In this document: piece after piece, positions 11,060-21,533 of the stretch | How positions within the stretch are numbered: position 1 is the first letter of the stretch | How the letters are laid out: each line of letters starts with the position of its first letter | Virus record (IMG/VR): IMGVR_UViG_3300031951_000121 | Location: 3,357 to 67,356 of that record | From: a virus | DNA: 64,000 bases | Strand: one strand, 5' to 3' | The notes under the pieces: model-generated | Database searches by the model: none | The model's input: only the letters and a program-made list of their open reading frames with translations | What the model was told of the DNA's origin: nothing | Translations under genes and position numbers: made by a program

Positions 11060-11791
11060 ATGACTAACTTAACATCATTTGCTTTTGATTCGGCTCAAAT
11101 TCGAGTTATTTATCAAGATGGAGAGCCTTGGTTTGTACTATCTGACATCTTGAATGCTTTACAAACCTCAGCGACTCGTGCTGAGTGGAAAGGCGCAGTA
11201 ATCGAATACTTTGGAGAGGGGGGTGTTATTTCCCACCCCCTTTGTACGGCAGGAGGAACACAAAACGTACTACTTATTAGTGAGGCGGCAATGACATTTG
11301 TTATCTCTCGCAGTCGTACCGAAGTGGGCAAAAAATTCACCCGTTGGATTCACTCAGAAGTTATCCCCTCAATCCGTAAAACAGGGAAGTATGAGCTTAA
11401 GCCCATGAGCCAATTAGAAATCATCGCAGCTTCTGCTCAAGCACTTCTAGAGATCGAGCGCAAACAGAAAGAGATGGAAGCACGGTTATCTGTCATCGAG
11501 CGCGATCGCGCTCAGGCAGAAGAAGCGTTAAGCGCATTACCCTTGGCAGAGGAATCGCCTCAAGAGATTCCGACTCGCGGCAAAATTAACATGATAGTAC
11601 GGACTAAATGCCAAAGAGATGCCCTTACCTACCACTTGGCGTGGTCTACCCTCTACCAACAGCTTTACTATCGCTACCGCTACGATGTCAAGGCACGATG
11701 CCGCAACTCAGGGTTAAAGCCCCTTGATCAAATTGAAAGAGACAACATGATGGATGCTTTACACGCGATCGCGTCTGAGGTTCTCGTTTAA
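11060..11791 (+). CDS. BRO-N domain antirepressor-like protein
   Basis: FDSAQIRVIYQDGEPWFV and WIHSEVIPSIRKTGKY; ATG 11060 preferred over TTG 11045. Confidence 0.92.
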   Translation: MTNLTSFAFDSAQIRVIYQDGEPWFVLSDILNALQTSATRAEWKGAVIEYFGEGGVISHPLCTAGGTQNVLLISEAAMTFVISRSRTEVGKKFTRWIHSEVIPSIRKTGKYELKPMSQLEIIAASAQALLEIERKQKEMEARLSVIERDRAQAEEALSALPLAEESPQEIPTRGKINMIVRTKCQRDALTYHLAWSTLYQQLYYRYRYDVKARCRNSGLKPLDQIERDNMMDALHAIASEVLV

Positions 11792-11980
11792 TCGGATTTT
11801 GACTCTTTTCCTTGCAGCGCGATCGCGATCTGCTTTCTTGTACTATCTAAGATAGAAGTTTAAAATGGCTTATTCCGCCCCTAGTTTAATTTCTAGGGGT
11901 TTTCAGTGAATAGTACATTGCAACTATATAAAAAATTTATGCAATAAGTTAAAATGGGTAGGTAAACAACCGAGGCAAAA

Positions 11981-12421
11981 ATGAAAGAACATCCTATTTT
12001 GTTTAATCCTGAGATGGTACAAGCTATCTTAGAGAGGAAAAAGACTCAAACAAGACGGGTCAGTATTCCCAAGTCATGGGAAGTAGGCGATCGCCTTTGG
12101 GTCCGCGAGACGTTTTCTCACAGAGGAGAAGAGTTCCCAACTCTCTACAGGGCAACTTATCCGTTTGATCTCCCCCCAGTTGATTATCTCAATTGGACTG
12201 CATCAATCCATATGCCGCGATCGCTATCTAGAATTACCCTAGAGATAATTAATGTTTGGGAACATCGACTAGGGGATATATCGGAGCATGATTGCGTAAT
12301 GGAAGGATTCCCGATGAGAATGGACTTCGTAAGAGCATGGGATAAATTAGTTAAGCCCGAGTATCGATGGGACAGAAATCCCTTGGTTTATGCCATTAGC
12401 TTTATGGTTTTGCCACAATGA
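11981..12421 (+). CDS. ASCH/PUA-like phage protein
   Basis: PILFNPEMVQAILERKKTQTRR, GDRLWVRET, SIHMPR. Confidence 0.85.
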   Translation: MKEHPILFNPEMVQAILERKKTQTRRVSIPKSWEVGDRLWVRETFSHRGEEFPTLYRATYPFDLPPVDYLNWTASIHMPRSLSRITLEIINVWEHRLGDISEHDCVMEGFPMRMDFVRAWDKLVKPEYRWDRNPLVYAISFMVLPQ

Positions 12422-13308
12422 GAACCGCACTAACAATCTTTTCGGGCGGCGGTCTAGCAGACGTAGGTATCAAAGCCGCAGGATTTAAAGTTGTCGGGGC
12501 GATAGAACGCGATCGCCTGATAGCAGAAACCTATCAAGTTAACCACGGGGATAATATCCTGATAGAGGACGCATTAGACGTAGACTACTCCCAGTTTCAG
12601 GGAGTAGATTTTATCCATGCTTCTCCCCCTTGTCAGCATTATTCAAAGGCTCGTTTAAGCAGTCTCCCTGACCATCAGGATAAAGACGCGGGATTGGCTG
12701 TTATCGCCGCAGCTAAAGCTATCAAGCCAAGATGGATAACCATAGAGAATGTCCCTGATTATGGCAAGTCAGAAACCTATCGGGTAATCAGGGAATCGCT
12801 ATGGGAACTAGGGTATTGGGTATCAGACGCGGTAATTAATTTCGCTGATCTGGGAGTACCCCAAAACCGAAAACGCCTAATTATGATAGCGGCGCGATCG
12901 CTCGTTGGCTTCCCGCTATCCCGCCCTCATCGGTCTTGGTACAGTGCGATCGCTGATTTAATCCCTACCCTACCAATCACTTCTCTGGCAGACTGGCAAG
13001 CCAAAAAACTCCCCCATCCTCCCGAGTCACCTTGCCTCATCCCTCGGGTAGGATGCCATGAGTTTAGATTGATTGATTGCGATCGCCCCGCCCCTACCAT
13101 CAGGGCATTAGGGCATGATAGAAACTGGCGGCAGTTTGATATGTTCTCGGGAGATAGTTACAGGATAATCACCCCGCGCTGTGCTGCTCGTTTCCAGTCC
13201 GTTCCTGATAGTTTTACGCTTCCAGATAAAAACCCCCTTGCCTGGAAAATTATCGGGAATGGCATTCCTTGTCAGGGCATGGAGGCGATCGCAAGGTGCT
13301 TAAGTTAG
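12418..13308 (+). CDS. DNA (cytosine-5) methyltransferase
   Basis: FSGGG, SPPCQ, ENV, QNRKR, IGNGI motifs. Confidence 0.95.
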   Translation: MRTALTIFSGGGLADVGIKAAGFKVVGAIERDRLIAETYQVNHGDNILIEDALDVDYSQFQGVDFIHASPPCQHYSKARLSSLPDHQDKDAGLAVIAAAKAIKPRWITIENVPDYGKSETYRVIRESLWELGYWVSDAVINFADLGVPQNRKRLIMIAARSLVGFPLSRPHRSWYSAIADLIPTLPITSLADWQAKKLPHPPESPCLIPRVGCHEFRLIDCDRPAPTIRALGHDRNWRQFDMFSGDSYRIITPRCAARFQSVPDSFTLPDKNPLAWKIIGNGIPCQGMEAIARCLS

Positions 13309-13523
13309 AACAGCACAGGCTGTTAATAGTAGGGCTTGACCATGATAAATGCTCCATCTGTGGTTATATCCCTACTTCTTTTCATGTCAAATACCTGTCT
13401 ACCCTAATAGAGCGAGAGCAGAAAAAAGATAAGCCATCCCAAAAAGCGATCGCGGAGCTACAGGAAAAGATTAGGAAAGCTAATAAAATAATTTCTAATC
13501 ATCAATTTGATTAGGAGAATATT

Positions 13524-13688
13524 ATGCAATTAGAACCAGACCAAGAGTTCAAAATTTATGAGCTAAAAGAGAATGTTAAGTCAATGAGTGAGGCAGAAAT
13601 CAAGCAGAGATTAACAGAGGTTTACCGAAGCAATATTCTGCTTGACAATAAATACAAACCCCTCATTCAAAAAGCATGGGGATTATAG
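13524..13688 (+). CDS. nblA: phycobilisome degradation protein NblA
   Basis: Own translation MQLEPDQEFKIYELKENVKSMSEAEIKQRLTEVYRSNILLDNKYKPLIQKAWGL; AGGAG RBS; fits the NblA pattern LxxxQxF..MS..LxxxY..YK.L...WG. Confidence 0.85.
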   Translation: MQLEPDQEFKIYELKENVKSMSEAEIKQRLTEVYRSNILLDNKYKPLIQKAWGL

Positions 13689-13854
13689 CCCATTTAGGTG
13701 CTGATACATAACAGCAGGAAAGTTTTCTGTAAGGGATTGCTCAATATGGAATAATACATTATTACGGTCTACGGGCATCCCCCTTCTTTCCATCTGTCTA
13801 GTGGTTTCTGCGATCAAAAACCCGATTAAATCTTTATGTCTCTGATTATTATCC

Positions 13855-14064
13855 ATGACTAGATACAATAAAAAATTAAGAAGTCAGTTATTAGATATTC
13901 TAGAGGAAACTCCGCAAACAGCGCGACAACTAAGCGATAAACTCAAGGTATCTCGCTCCGATATAGTCCGTGAGTTATCCTTGATGGCTCAAGAGAATTT
14001 AGTCGTCAGCGATCGCGTGTGCGGGCAGAACCTCAAGGAGTATTGGATCTTTACTTCTCCCTAA
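13855..14064 (+). CDS. winged-HTH protein
   Basis: TARQLSDKLKVSRSDIVRELSLM..ENLV. Confidence 0.7.
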   Translation: MTRYNKKLRSQLLDILEETPQTARQLSDKLKVSRSDIVRELSLMAQENLVVSDRVCGQNLKEYWIFTSP

Positions 14065-14216
14065 AGAAATTACCATTTAATAATGCTAACCCTCCTCCCA
14101 CCAGCATAGAAACGATGGTGACAGAATGCACTTCATCAAAATATTTAGAAGGGAAATAATACGCGATCGCGCCTAGGATTAAACAGAACGCGCCTAGTAA
14201 ATCACTTTTAGTAATT

Positions 14217-14741
14217 CTATTCATTTTCTAATACCTCAAAATATCCTGTGATTTTTTGCCCTAATACTGCGTCTATGTCGATGGCTTCATCTAGAGCAGT
14301 TGGCAAGCTGTCTAAATTATAAAATCTTCCTTTTCTCCAATTACCTTGATAGAGATACTCAGCGTCAGCTTGGCGCGGGAGGGGATTCTCGTAGGTGAAT
14401 GGGTCAACTAAATACCCCTCAACGTACACCCTGCCGATATTAAGACCAGGGTTAACCGTTGTCATGGTGTTAGGGTCTTTTTTCGGGGTGAACTTTACGA
14501 ACAGGGTAATTTCCTCCTCCTCGCTAGGGATAGGATTCCCCCATTGATCTTCTTCTAAATCCCCTGAATAAACGAGAAAGATAATTTTCCCGTTATGCGA
14601 TTGTAAAGCCCCTCCCGCCAATCCCGCGATCGCTTCCTGAGTCGCTGTATACAATCCTGATAAGCTATACATATAACCTCTTATTTTTGTTAACAATATG
14701 ACAGGCAAAGCTAAAGATTTAATCCTTAATCCTGCTAACAA
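14217..14741 (-). CDS. putative head-closure / head-tail joining protein
   Basis: DQWGNP motif, position after the adaptor; start probably near 14671. Confidence 0.55.
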   Translation of the reverse strand: MLAGLRIKSLALPVILLTKIRGYMYSLSGLYTATQEAIAGLAGGALQSHNGKIIFLVYSGDLEEDQWGNPIPSEEEEITLFVKFTPKKDPNTMTTVNPGLNIGRVYVEGYLVDPFTYENPLPRQADAEYLYQGNWRKGRFYNLDSLPTALDEAIDIDAVLGQKITGYFEVLENE

Positions 14742-14925
14742 TAACCCTACTCGTAGCTTGACTATCAGCGCGATCGCTTCTGTAGATGACCCATTTAGTT
14801 TGCAGGACAGGAGAGATTTTAAAGCTTCGATTAGGGCTACCTACCGAGCTAATAATACTCATATTTCATTTGAGATGTCAGAGAAGGAAATGAAAGCAGA
14901 AATAGGTATTAAGAAGGAATGGTGA

Positions 14926-15267
14926 TTAAACCACGTCAAAGCCGATAACCCCTACAGCTTCTTTCCTTAATGCCAGAAATTCCCTCCCGTAGGGCGTAGA
15001 TTTTAACCATTCGTCTGTATCCTCAAATATGGTGGCATCCTCCCCTACCTCTATCGATTTAACGCCGCTAGTTAGTCTCAATTGAAGTTGCATATTCACC
15101 TGTAACAGATGAGCCGTGTACACCTTGACCGCGCGATCGCGTAGGTCTAGCCACGTATCTTCAGCAATAACCAATTCGGCATCGTCGATGAACTCGGCTA
15201 TTTGAGCATCGGCTAATGCTGAAAATTGAGGATACCGATTCCTAATATTGTCAGGGGTAATAGCCAT
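14926..15267 (-). CDS. head-tail adaptor (DUF4054-like)
   Basis: YPQFS, TAHLL, WLKSTPYGREFL. Confidence 0.85.
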   Translation of the reverse strand: MAITPDNIRNRYPQFSALADAQIAEFIDDAELVIAEDTWLDLRDRAVKVYTAHLLQVNMQLQLRLTSGVKSIEVGEDATIFEDTDEWLKSTPYGREFLALRKEAVGVIGFDVV

Positions 15268-15309
15268 AAAAATAAACCCCTCTAGGAGGGGAATTGCGCA
15301 AGGAGTTTC

Positions 15310-15756
15310 TTACAACATACCACGCTCTAAGTTGGCTACCCTTTCGGATAACGCCTTAACTATCGTGGTATTGGTCGTGTTATCACGCCAACGAGTTAGC
15401 AAAGCGCGATCGCTGACGAAATTAATCAGTTCTTTCGCGTCTGCTAGGGCATAGGTACGGGCTAGGTTATCTTCAGCATAATCTTTTTGGGGGTAGGATA
15501 CTAACACCCCTTGAGATTGATATTTAGCTGCGCTAGGCATGGTCAGAGTGGATTCAAATCGTGCTGAATCAACATTCTGATTGATGCCAGGCAGAAGCAT
15601 TAAAAAATCGTATCTCCCATTATCAGAGTTCCAGCCCTGACACAACGACAAAGACGCGATCGCCTTGGTATTGCCGTCATGACGGGCTAGGTTATTGTCT
15701 CTTTCTGGGAGATAAAAAACAGTGACTAAGGTTCTAGTTTCTGTTGTAGTGGTCAT
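15310..15756 (-). CDS. virion-associated protein downstream of capsid
   Basis: Position in the head operon; LLPGINQNVD. Confidence 0.6.
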   Translation of the reverse strand: MTTTTETRTLVTVFYLPERDNNLARHDGNTKAIASLSLCQGWNSDNGRYDFLMLLPGINQNVDSARFESTLTMPSAAKYQSQGVLVSYPQKDYAEDNLARTYALADAKELINFVSDRALLTRWRDNTTNTTIVKALSERVANLERGML

Positions 15757-15760
15757 AGGA

Positions 15761-16828
15761 TTAAGACTTAGAATAAACTAATCTTACAGCAGTGCCACCG
15801 CGTTTATAGGCAATTCCTGCGATGTCCCCATGCACATTAATCCGATAGCCATCGTTAGTTTGAATCGGATCTTTGTAGGTTAAATCTTTAGGTATTGCTT
15901 GCTCTACGCATTCCGCAGATCGGCAGAACATAACCGCAGCATATTCAGTAGACGAGTAATCGTCAAGCCTTGCGCTTTCTGCAACCTCAAAATTGCCAAT
16001 TTTACCCCCGTCAAACATGACAGTACGGCGATTCTCTTGAAACCATCCTAGAGTTGATTTGTCACTAGGAGAAGTGCCGAGCCGTTGCATGGACAGGATC
16101 TCCATAGTGGCAGTAGGAAGAACCAAGGTAGATGGTCTAAAAGTACCCTTGGTACGAGCAACAATTGACTGAGCAGCAGCAGCTAGAGCGGCGATATTCT
16201 GATCTGCGGTTCTTGCGGCGTTAATGGGAGCGTCTAGGGTGATATGGTCAATGTCAGGATGATTCATAAAGCCGAAAATACCGAGACTTGTTACCCCATT
16301 ACAGATAATTTCATCTCGTTTCGCTGCCCATGCTCTAATAGCTGATTGGCGTTTTTCCTGCATTAAATTGATAGTTCCCGCAACTCCATAGCTTCCAGAA
16401 GTAGCAGCAAATCGAGCCAATCTATCTAGCTCTAAATCGCTGATCTCAAAGTGTCCTGCGTAGCGTTGTACCTTTACCTCAATGTTTTGAGTGCCAACGT
16501 CAAGCCGTCCTTTGTTGTCGCTCGATTCGGCATTCACAGGCACTAATTCCCCTGTATAGCTAACCCGTTGATACACAAGCTTATCCGTGCCAGCAGCCTT
16601 AAAGGGGTTAATGGGAATATAATCTGCCCAAAATTGCCCATACTGCATATCGTAAATTGTGGGCATCAAACTAATCAGAGAACCTTCGGGAAGCGAGGCA
16701 CTATCATTAGTTTTTAGGCTGTCCTTTACGAACTTTCTAAACTGTCCAGATTTGTCGTAGTTGACCATCGCCGCGATCGCCTGATTAATTAGGAGGCGAG
16801 GATCGTCACTTTTTCTCAATTGAAACAT
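15761..16828 (-). CDS. major capsid protein (DUF2184-like, HK97 fold)
   Basis: 355 aa; GIFGFMNHP, RPSTLVLP; follows the DUF2213 and cement genes. Confidence 0.88.
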   Translation of the reverse strand: MFQLRKSDDPRLLINQAIAAMVNYDKSGQFRKFVKDSLKTNDSASLPEGSLISLMPTIYDMQYGQFWADYIPINPFKAAGTDKLVYQRVSYTGELVPVNAESSDNKGRLDVGTQNIEVKVQRYAGHFEISDLELDRLARFAATSGSYGVAGTINLMQEKRQSAIRAWAAKRDEIICNGVTSLGIFGFMNHPDIDHITLDAPINAARTADQNIAALAAAAQSIVARTKGTFRPSTLVLPTATMEILSMQRLGTSPSDKSTLGWFQENRRTVMFDGGKIGNFEVAESARLDDYSSTEYAAVMFCRSAECVEQAIPKDLTYKDPIQTNDGYRINVHGDIAGIAYKRGGTAVRLVYSKS

Positions 16829-16841
16829 TTATCATCACCTC

Positions 16842-17717
16842 CTAGGCGGGTAAATTAAGAGCTAAATCAGCGACTAGGTAGCCATCAACCGTGTAGTTAA
16901 TGGATTCAAACCTAGCGCCCGTAACCTGAGCTAATCCCGTACCAGACGCATTAGAAACCGCGCCTAACTTAGTTAACGCTCCATTAGCGGTATGGCGAAC
17001 GTAAACAGCATCGCCGTACTTAATAGTTAGTGCAGAGTCTAACTCAACCGTTCCAACTCCTTGAGCCAGAATATCTACAATGTCACCACGACGATAAGAA
17101 GGGACTAGAATCCCGTCCTGATAGGGGACAAATGCCGAACCGCCAGCCAGCCCGAAGATGCGGGTATTAGCCGAGTTAGGCAGTCTACAGGGAGGAGTAT
17201 TTCTATCAGTTTGAGCATCGGCGGCGTTAGCTCCGACTAATCGCCCGTAGGGGATAGCAGCCGTTTCTGTGGCAACCTGAGAGCCACCAGTCCCATCAGT
17301 GGTCAGCGTTCCGCCAGTACCAGAGTACGAGATAGAGAAGTTGTCACCAGGGAACTTACCCGTAATAGTCACGGTGGCACTGCTGACAGTCGCGACAACC
17401 CGAGCCGCGATCGCAATCCCTGCTGGGGCTGTGCCACTAGCACCAGATACCGAGTATTCCGCGTTGATGGCATCGGCGATCGCGGTGGCAGTAGCCGCGT
17501 CAGATCCGCCGGTCGCCACGGTTAGGGTTACACCTTCGATGACAATTGTGTGATTGCCCGAAGCGGTGTCAAGCTCCAAAACCGCAATCTTAGGCAAATC
17601 AGCCGCTACGTTAATCGCGTTCATGGTGCGGACTTTCTGGGAGAATAGCCCTACACGGCGAGGCAGGACATCGTAGTAATTGGTTTGGGGTTTACCCGAG
17701 TAGTTGAGGATAGCCAT
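16842..17717 (-). CDS. capsid cement/decoration protein with an inserted beta domain
   Basis: IPYGRLV and GDAVYVR motifs; T/G/A-rich insert. Confidence 0.75.
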   Translation of the reverse strand: MAILNYSGKPQTNYYDVLPRRVGLFSQKVRTMNAINVAADLPKIAVLELDTASGNHTIVIEGVTLTVATGGSDAATATAIADAINAEYSVSGASGTAPAGIAIAARVVATVSSATVTITGKFPGDNFSISYSGTGGTLTTDGTGGSQVATETAAIPYGRLVGANAADAQTDRNTPPCRLPNSANTRIFGLAGGSAFVPYQDGILVPSYRRGDIVDILAQGVGTVELDSALTIKYGDAVYVRHTANGALTKLGAVSNASGTGLAQVTGARFESINYTVDGYLVADLALNLPA

Positions 17718-17718
17718 C

Positions 17719-18948
17719 CTAGTTATGTCCTCCGATAGGGTTGATCAAACGGTGCTGAGGTAAAGTGCCAAAAGCGTCTAGGGGGTCATCGCCGCGCTCA
17801 TCCCGAGTTGTGGCAATCCGATAGCTGAGATCGTCATTGGCTGTAGTCTCGGGCTTGGATGCCTGTACGATTTTCAGGGTAGAGAAAGCAGCGTCAATCG
17901 CGTCATCCCCGAAGGAATCGCACACAATCCCATTGGCTTTTAATGCTTTCCGCTTCCATTCCACAGGCGCGATCGCCGCAGTAAACGGCTCGTTCCCTAG
18001 GAAAGACTTAGCCTCTTCATAAGCTTTAGTCCGCTCGTTGAGCATATCGTTAATGCGCTCGGGCTTATTGGCTTCTTGGAGTTGGGAATTGAGGGATGCG
18101 ATCGCTCTTTCGTGCTGGGAGATTTTCGCTCTTAGCGTAGCATTCTCATTATCTAGAGCGTTGTAAACACCAGTAGGAACGTAATCAGCAGAATCAGAAA
18201 CCTTCTTCTCAGATTCCTTCATCGCAACACTTTTAAACATATCAAGCATGGATTTCATGTCTTTGGGGAAAGAGAATTTACCCATCTCTCCCATATCGAC
18301 TTCTACCATGTCCTTATATCCACAACCCCCAGCCATATCAGCCAGAGCCGAGGACATATCTTTAAAGTTGTAGTCCATAACATCTCCAGTTTTAGAATCT
18401 AAAATAATGCCCTGTACATCCTCAGAATCGACAATAAAAGTAGCCCCATCACCCGCCCTAGCCGTACCCGTAGGCACTAAAGCGATGTGATTACCTGCTA
18501 ATATTTTTTGCCGATATTTGTAGGGGATGCCATCAAAAACTCCTACTTCCTGAATCAAATCTACTTTGTAGCCATTGCTAAAGGATTTGTGAGTAGTTCT
18601 AGCGGCTTCTTTTGCTGACGGGTCAAAGATATTAATATCAGTCTCTAGCCATCCATCAACAAAGTTAACCTTAGAACCATACCCTACAGTCAGCTTCTTA
18701 GCATTGCCCGAATTAACCTCGCTCCCATCGGATTCGGTCGGATGGTTAAGAGTCAAAGGGAGATCGTTAAATAATGAGATTGTCTCTGTTACGTCTTCAG
18801 GACTTCTGAGAACGTTACAGACCTCCCCATTTATTAGATATTTTTGTACTCCTATCCTTGCAATCCTAGCTTTACCGATAAGATTGCCGTTATCACCCTC
18901 TCGTAAATGATGAGGAGGTAGAAAATCGGTGACAATGTAACTAGCCAT
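17719..18948 (-). CDS. DUF2213 prohead protease/scaffold
   Basis: ARIGVQKY, PLTLNHP, SNGY, NHIALV..ARAG; coiled-coil C-terminus. Confidence 0.9.
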   Translation of the reverse strand: MASYIVTDFLPPHHLREGDNGNLIGKARIARIGVQKYLINGEVCNVLRSPEDVTETISLFNDLPLTLNHPTESDGSEVNSGNAKKLTVGYGSKVNFVDGWLETDINIFDPSAKEAARTTHKSFSNGYKVDLIQEVGVFDGIPYKYRQKILAGNHIALVPTGTARAGDGATFIVDSEDVQGIILDSKTGDVMDYNFKDMSSALADMAGGCGYKDMVEVDMGEMGKFSFPKDMKSMLDMFKSVAMKESEKKVSDSADYVPTGVYNALDNENATLRAKISQHERAIASLNSQLQEANKPERINDMLNERTKAYEEAKSFLGNEPFTAAIAPVEWKRKALKANGIVCDSFGDDAIDAAFSTLKIVQASKPETTANDDLSYRIATTRDERGDDPLDAFGTLPQHRLINPIGGHN

Positions 18949-19028
18949 TTTTTTAGCAGGACTCTTACAAAGAAGATACTTCTATATTAGTATAAGTATA
19001 GATTAAGTACAATATACGAGAAAAGATT

Positions 19029-20846
19029 ATGAATTGGGCGACTCTCGGAGCAACCTTTTTTAATGGCAACACAGGATTAGGCGATGCTAACCGAGACGCG
19101 ATCGCGGGGATGGGGGTATTTTCCCCGAACTATTTAGAGAGAGAGATTTTATATAATGCGGCTTTCCACTGGGCAATAAAAAAAGCTCTTGAGTTTGTAC
19201 CTAGCAGTGCTTTTTCTGTAGGGGGAACACTTCAGCTAGGGTCGGACGACGGGGATAGGGAGATAATAGACGCGGTTAACTACATGGTGAACAGCCGTAA
19301 CCGTGTAGCCATGCCCGACAAGCCAGCTTTACAGATTGCTAGGTTTTTCGTCAAAGCTCAGATAGAAGCGAACCGAACAGGGGGCGCAGGTATTTTGATT
19401 GATATTGACGACGGGCTTGATTTGGGAGAACCCGTTAACCTGAATCGGATTAAATCGGTTCGGGGGTTGAGGCTATTTAACCGATTTTCTATTCATCCTG
19501 TATGGCAGTACGGCTATGCGGCGGGAGAGCTAGAGCCAGAATACTATCAATTATTGTCTGCCCATTCCCTACGAGCCGTAGGGTCAAAAATCCATAAATC
19601 TAGAATCTTGCCTTTTCTGGGAGCAGAACTCCCCCTAGACGACATTTCATGGCTGTCTGATGGCTGGTTAGGTGATAGCATCATTCGGCAAATGCTGATC
19701 GCGGTAGCCCGATTTGACGGTTCTCTGAGTGCCGTAGCCGATAAAATGCAAAGGTTTGAAACACCCATTATTAAAATCAAGGGATTGCTTGACAACTTGA
19801 CCAGCGATCGCAGACGGGCTAGAGCAGGGGATTATGAGGATTTTACCTATCAAGAAAAAATCAAAATGCGCGCGCAAACGCTTCAGAAAGGTTGGAGCGC
19901 GTTTAGGATGCTGATGGCTGATATGGACAATGAAGAAATCAGCACGATAGCCCATACTTTTGCAGGGGTAGCACCTAACCTACAGGCATTTAGGGATGCT
20001 CTGATAGGTGCTTCGGGATTGCCTGAGTTCATATTGTTTAATCGCCACGGGAGCGGCTTAGGGCAAGTGGAAATGGGGGAAAGGGCAGCGATCGCGGCTC
20101 TCGCTAATACCTGTCAAACCGACAAGTATCAGGGGAATCTAGAGACGCTTCTAACCTATTATTTCCTCTCTCAAAACGGCGTAACCAAGGGGGAATTACC
20201 CGACTCTTGGCGATGGGAATGGCTACCTCTCTGGCAACCGACAGAGGAGGAAAAAGCAAAAACCGCATTAACTCAGGCTCAAACTGTCAAAACCTTGGTT
20301 GATTGCGCTGTACAAAATGCTCAACTTTTCGGAGATACTCAACCCGTACTAACTAATCACGAAATCAGAGAGGCATCTTTTGGCGGTGCTGAGTTCGGGG
20401 GTCTGAATATCCAACTATTAGATGAGGATGTAGCGGCGATCGCGCCTGACCCATTGCAATTACAAGCGGAAGTAATTACGGATGAGGAAAAATTCTACCC
20501 GCCTGAAGCCGCGAGGAATAATGCGAAAAAAGCCCTAGAGTGGAAAGAAAAATACCCCGAGGAGATTCGGGGCGGGACGCAGGTAGGATGGACACGAGCC
20601 AGTCAATTAGCCAAGGGAGAGGGAGTGTCCCTAGATATTGTCAAACGGATGGCTCAATTTAATAGGCATCGGCAAAATTCCGAAGTAGCAACAGAATTTA
20701 AAAATGAGCCTTGGAAAGATGCTGGCTATGTTGCTTGGTTGATTTGGGGCGGAAGCGCAGGAATAGACTGGGCAAAAAAAGAGCTAGGGAAACTAGACAA
20801 CAAACTAACCCGCGATTACTACCTTGACCTACTAGCCAAGGAATAA
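19029..20846 (+). CDS. portal protein (DUF1073) with an extra C-terminal domain
   Basis: EPEYY, IHKSRIL, GASGLPEFILF, PLWQPTEEEKA; extra ~110-aa domain from about 20493. Confidence 0.88.
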   Translation: MNWATLGATFFNGNTGLGDANRDAIAGMGVFSPNYLEREILYNAAFHWAIKKALEFVPSSAFSVGGTLQLGSDDGDREIIDAVNYMVNSRNRVAMPDKPALQIARFFVKAQIEANRTGGAGILIDIDDGLDLGEPVNLNRIKSVRGLRLFNRFSIHPVWQYGYAAGELEPEYYQLLSAHSLRAVGSKIHKSRILPFLGAELPLDDISWLSDGWLGDSIIRQMLIAVARFDGSLSAVADKMQRFETPIIKIKGLLDNLTSDRRRARAGDYEDFTYQEKIKMRAQTLQKGWSAFRMLMADMDNEEISTIAHTFAGVAPNLQAFRDALIGASGLPEFILFNRHGSGLGQVEMGERAAIAALANTCQTDKYQGNLETLLTYYFLSQNGVTKGELPDSWRWEWLPLWQPTEEEKAKTALTQAQTVKTLVDCAVQNAQLFGDTQPVLTNHEIREASFGGAEFGGLNIQLLDEDVAAIAPDPLQLQAEVITDEEKFYPPEAARNNAKKALEWKEKYPEEIRGGTQVGWTRASQLAKGEGVSLDIVKRMAQFNRHRQNSEVATEFKNEPWKDAGYVAWLIWGGSAGIDWAKKELGKLDNKLTRDYYLDLLAKE

Positions 20847-21533
20847 TCTTAAGTCCTCTGTTAACAATCCCCTCTCCGCAAGAAAAGTCATCAAATGTCT
20901 TCTTGGGACTACATGGCTACCCAGTTTGTGGCTGTTTTTTTTAGACTTTAATTTTCCTGTTCTGGCAGCGTAACGGAGATTAGAATAATTCAGCCCAGTT
21001 AACTTGGCTATCTGCTTTAAGTTGAAGTTATCTATCTCAACCTTTCCGCTAATGTTGAGTTCAGACAGCTTTCTGCTAATCGCGTTCTTGTCAATGCCAA
21101 GTTTTTTCCCCATTATTTTAACGGGGATTATCCCCGCATTATCACAGATATATTCTAGCTCCTCTTGAGTAAACAACCTTCTTTTTTTAATGGGGATATT
21201 TTTTTTCTTTACTAGCGATCTAATCGTCTCGTAAGGAATGCCCGTCTTTTCCGCGATCGCAGACATAGTCAAACCCTGTTCACCATAAGCGCGAATCTGC
21301 TCGGGAGAAATCCTGTACTCCACCTGACAATAATATCCATTTTTGTTAAGGATTCTTGCCACGGTATTTACACTTATTCCGTATTTTTGCGCGATTACTT
21401 TCCTCGGCATACCGTCTAAGTGCATTTTGATGATCTCGGTGTGCTGATCAGATGTTATCTTCATTTCTGTAGCGCTCATCCTTTTTAGGGTACTCCATGC
21501 GATCGCAGTCAGAATAAGAGCAAGTCTCATCAT
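20832..21533 (-). CDS. multi-HTH DNA-binding protein
   Basis: Several HTH-like segments (IAQKYGISVNTV, IAEKTGIPYETI, IAKLTGLNYSNL); possible late regulator. Confidence 0.75.
   Translation of the reverse strand: MMRLALILTAIAWSTLKRMSATEMKITSDQHTEIIKMHLDGMPRKVIAQKYGISVNTVARILNKNGYYCQVEYRISPEQIRAYGEQGLTMSAIAEKTGIPYETIRSLVKKKNIPIKKRRLFTQEELEYICDNAGIIPVKIMGKKLGIDKNAISRKLSELNISGKVEIDNFNLKQIAKLTGLNYSNLRYAARTGKLKSKKNSHKLGSHVVPRRHLMTFLAERGLLTEDLRLFLG

Noticed and set aside
13683-13868. Minus-strand 61-aa ORF next to nblA
   Set aside because: Plausible but no motif and opposite to its neighbours; not enough support to call
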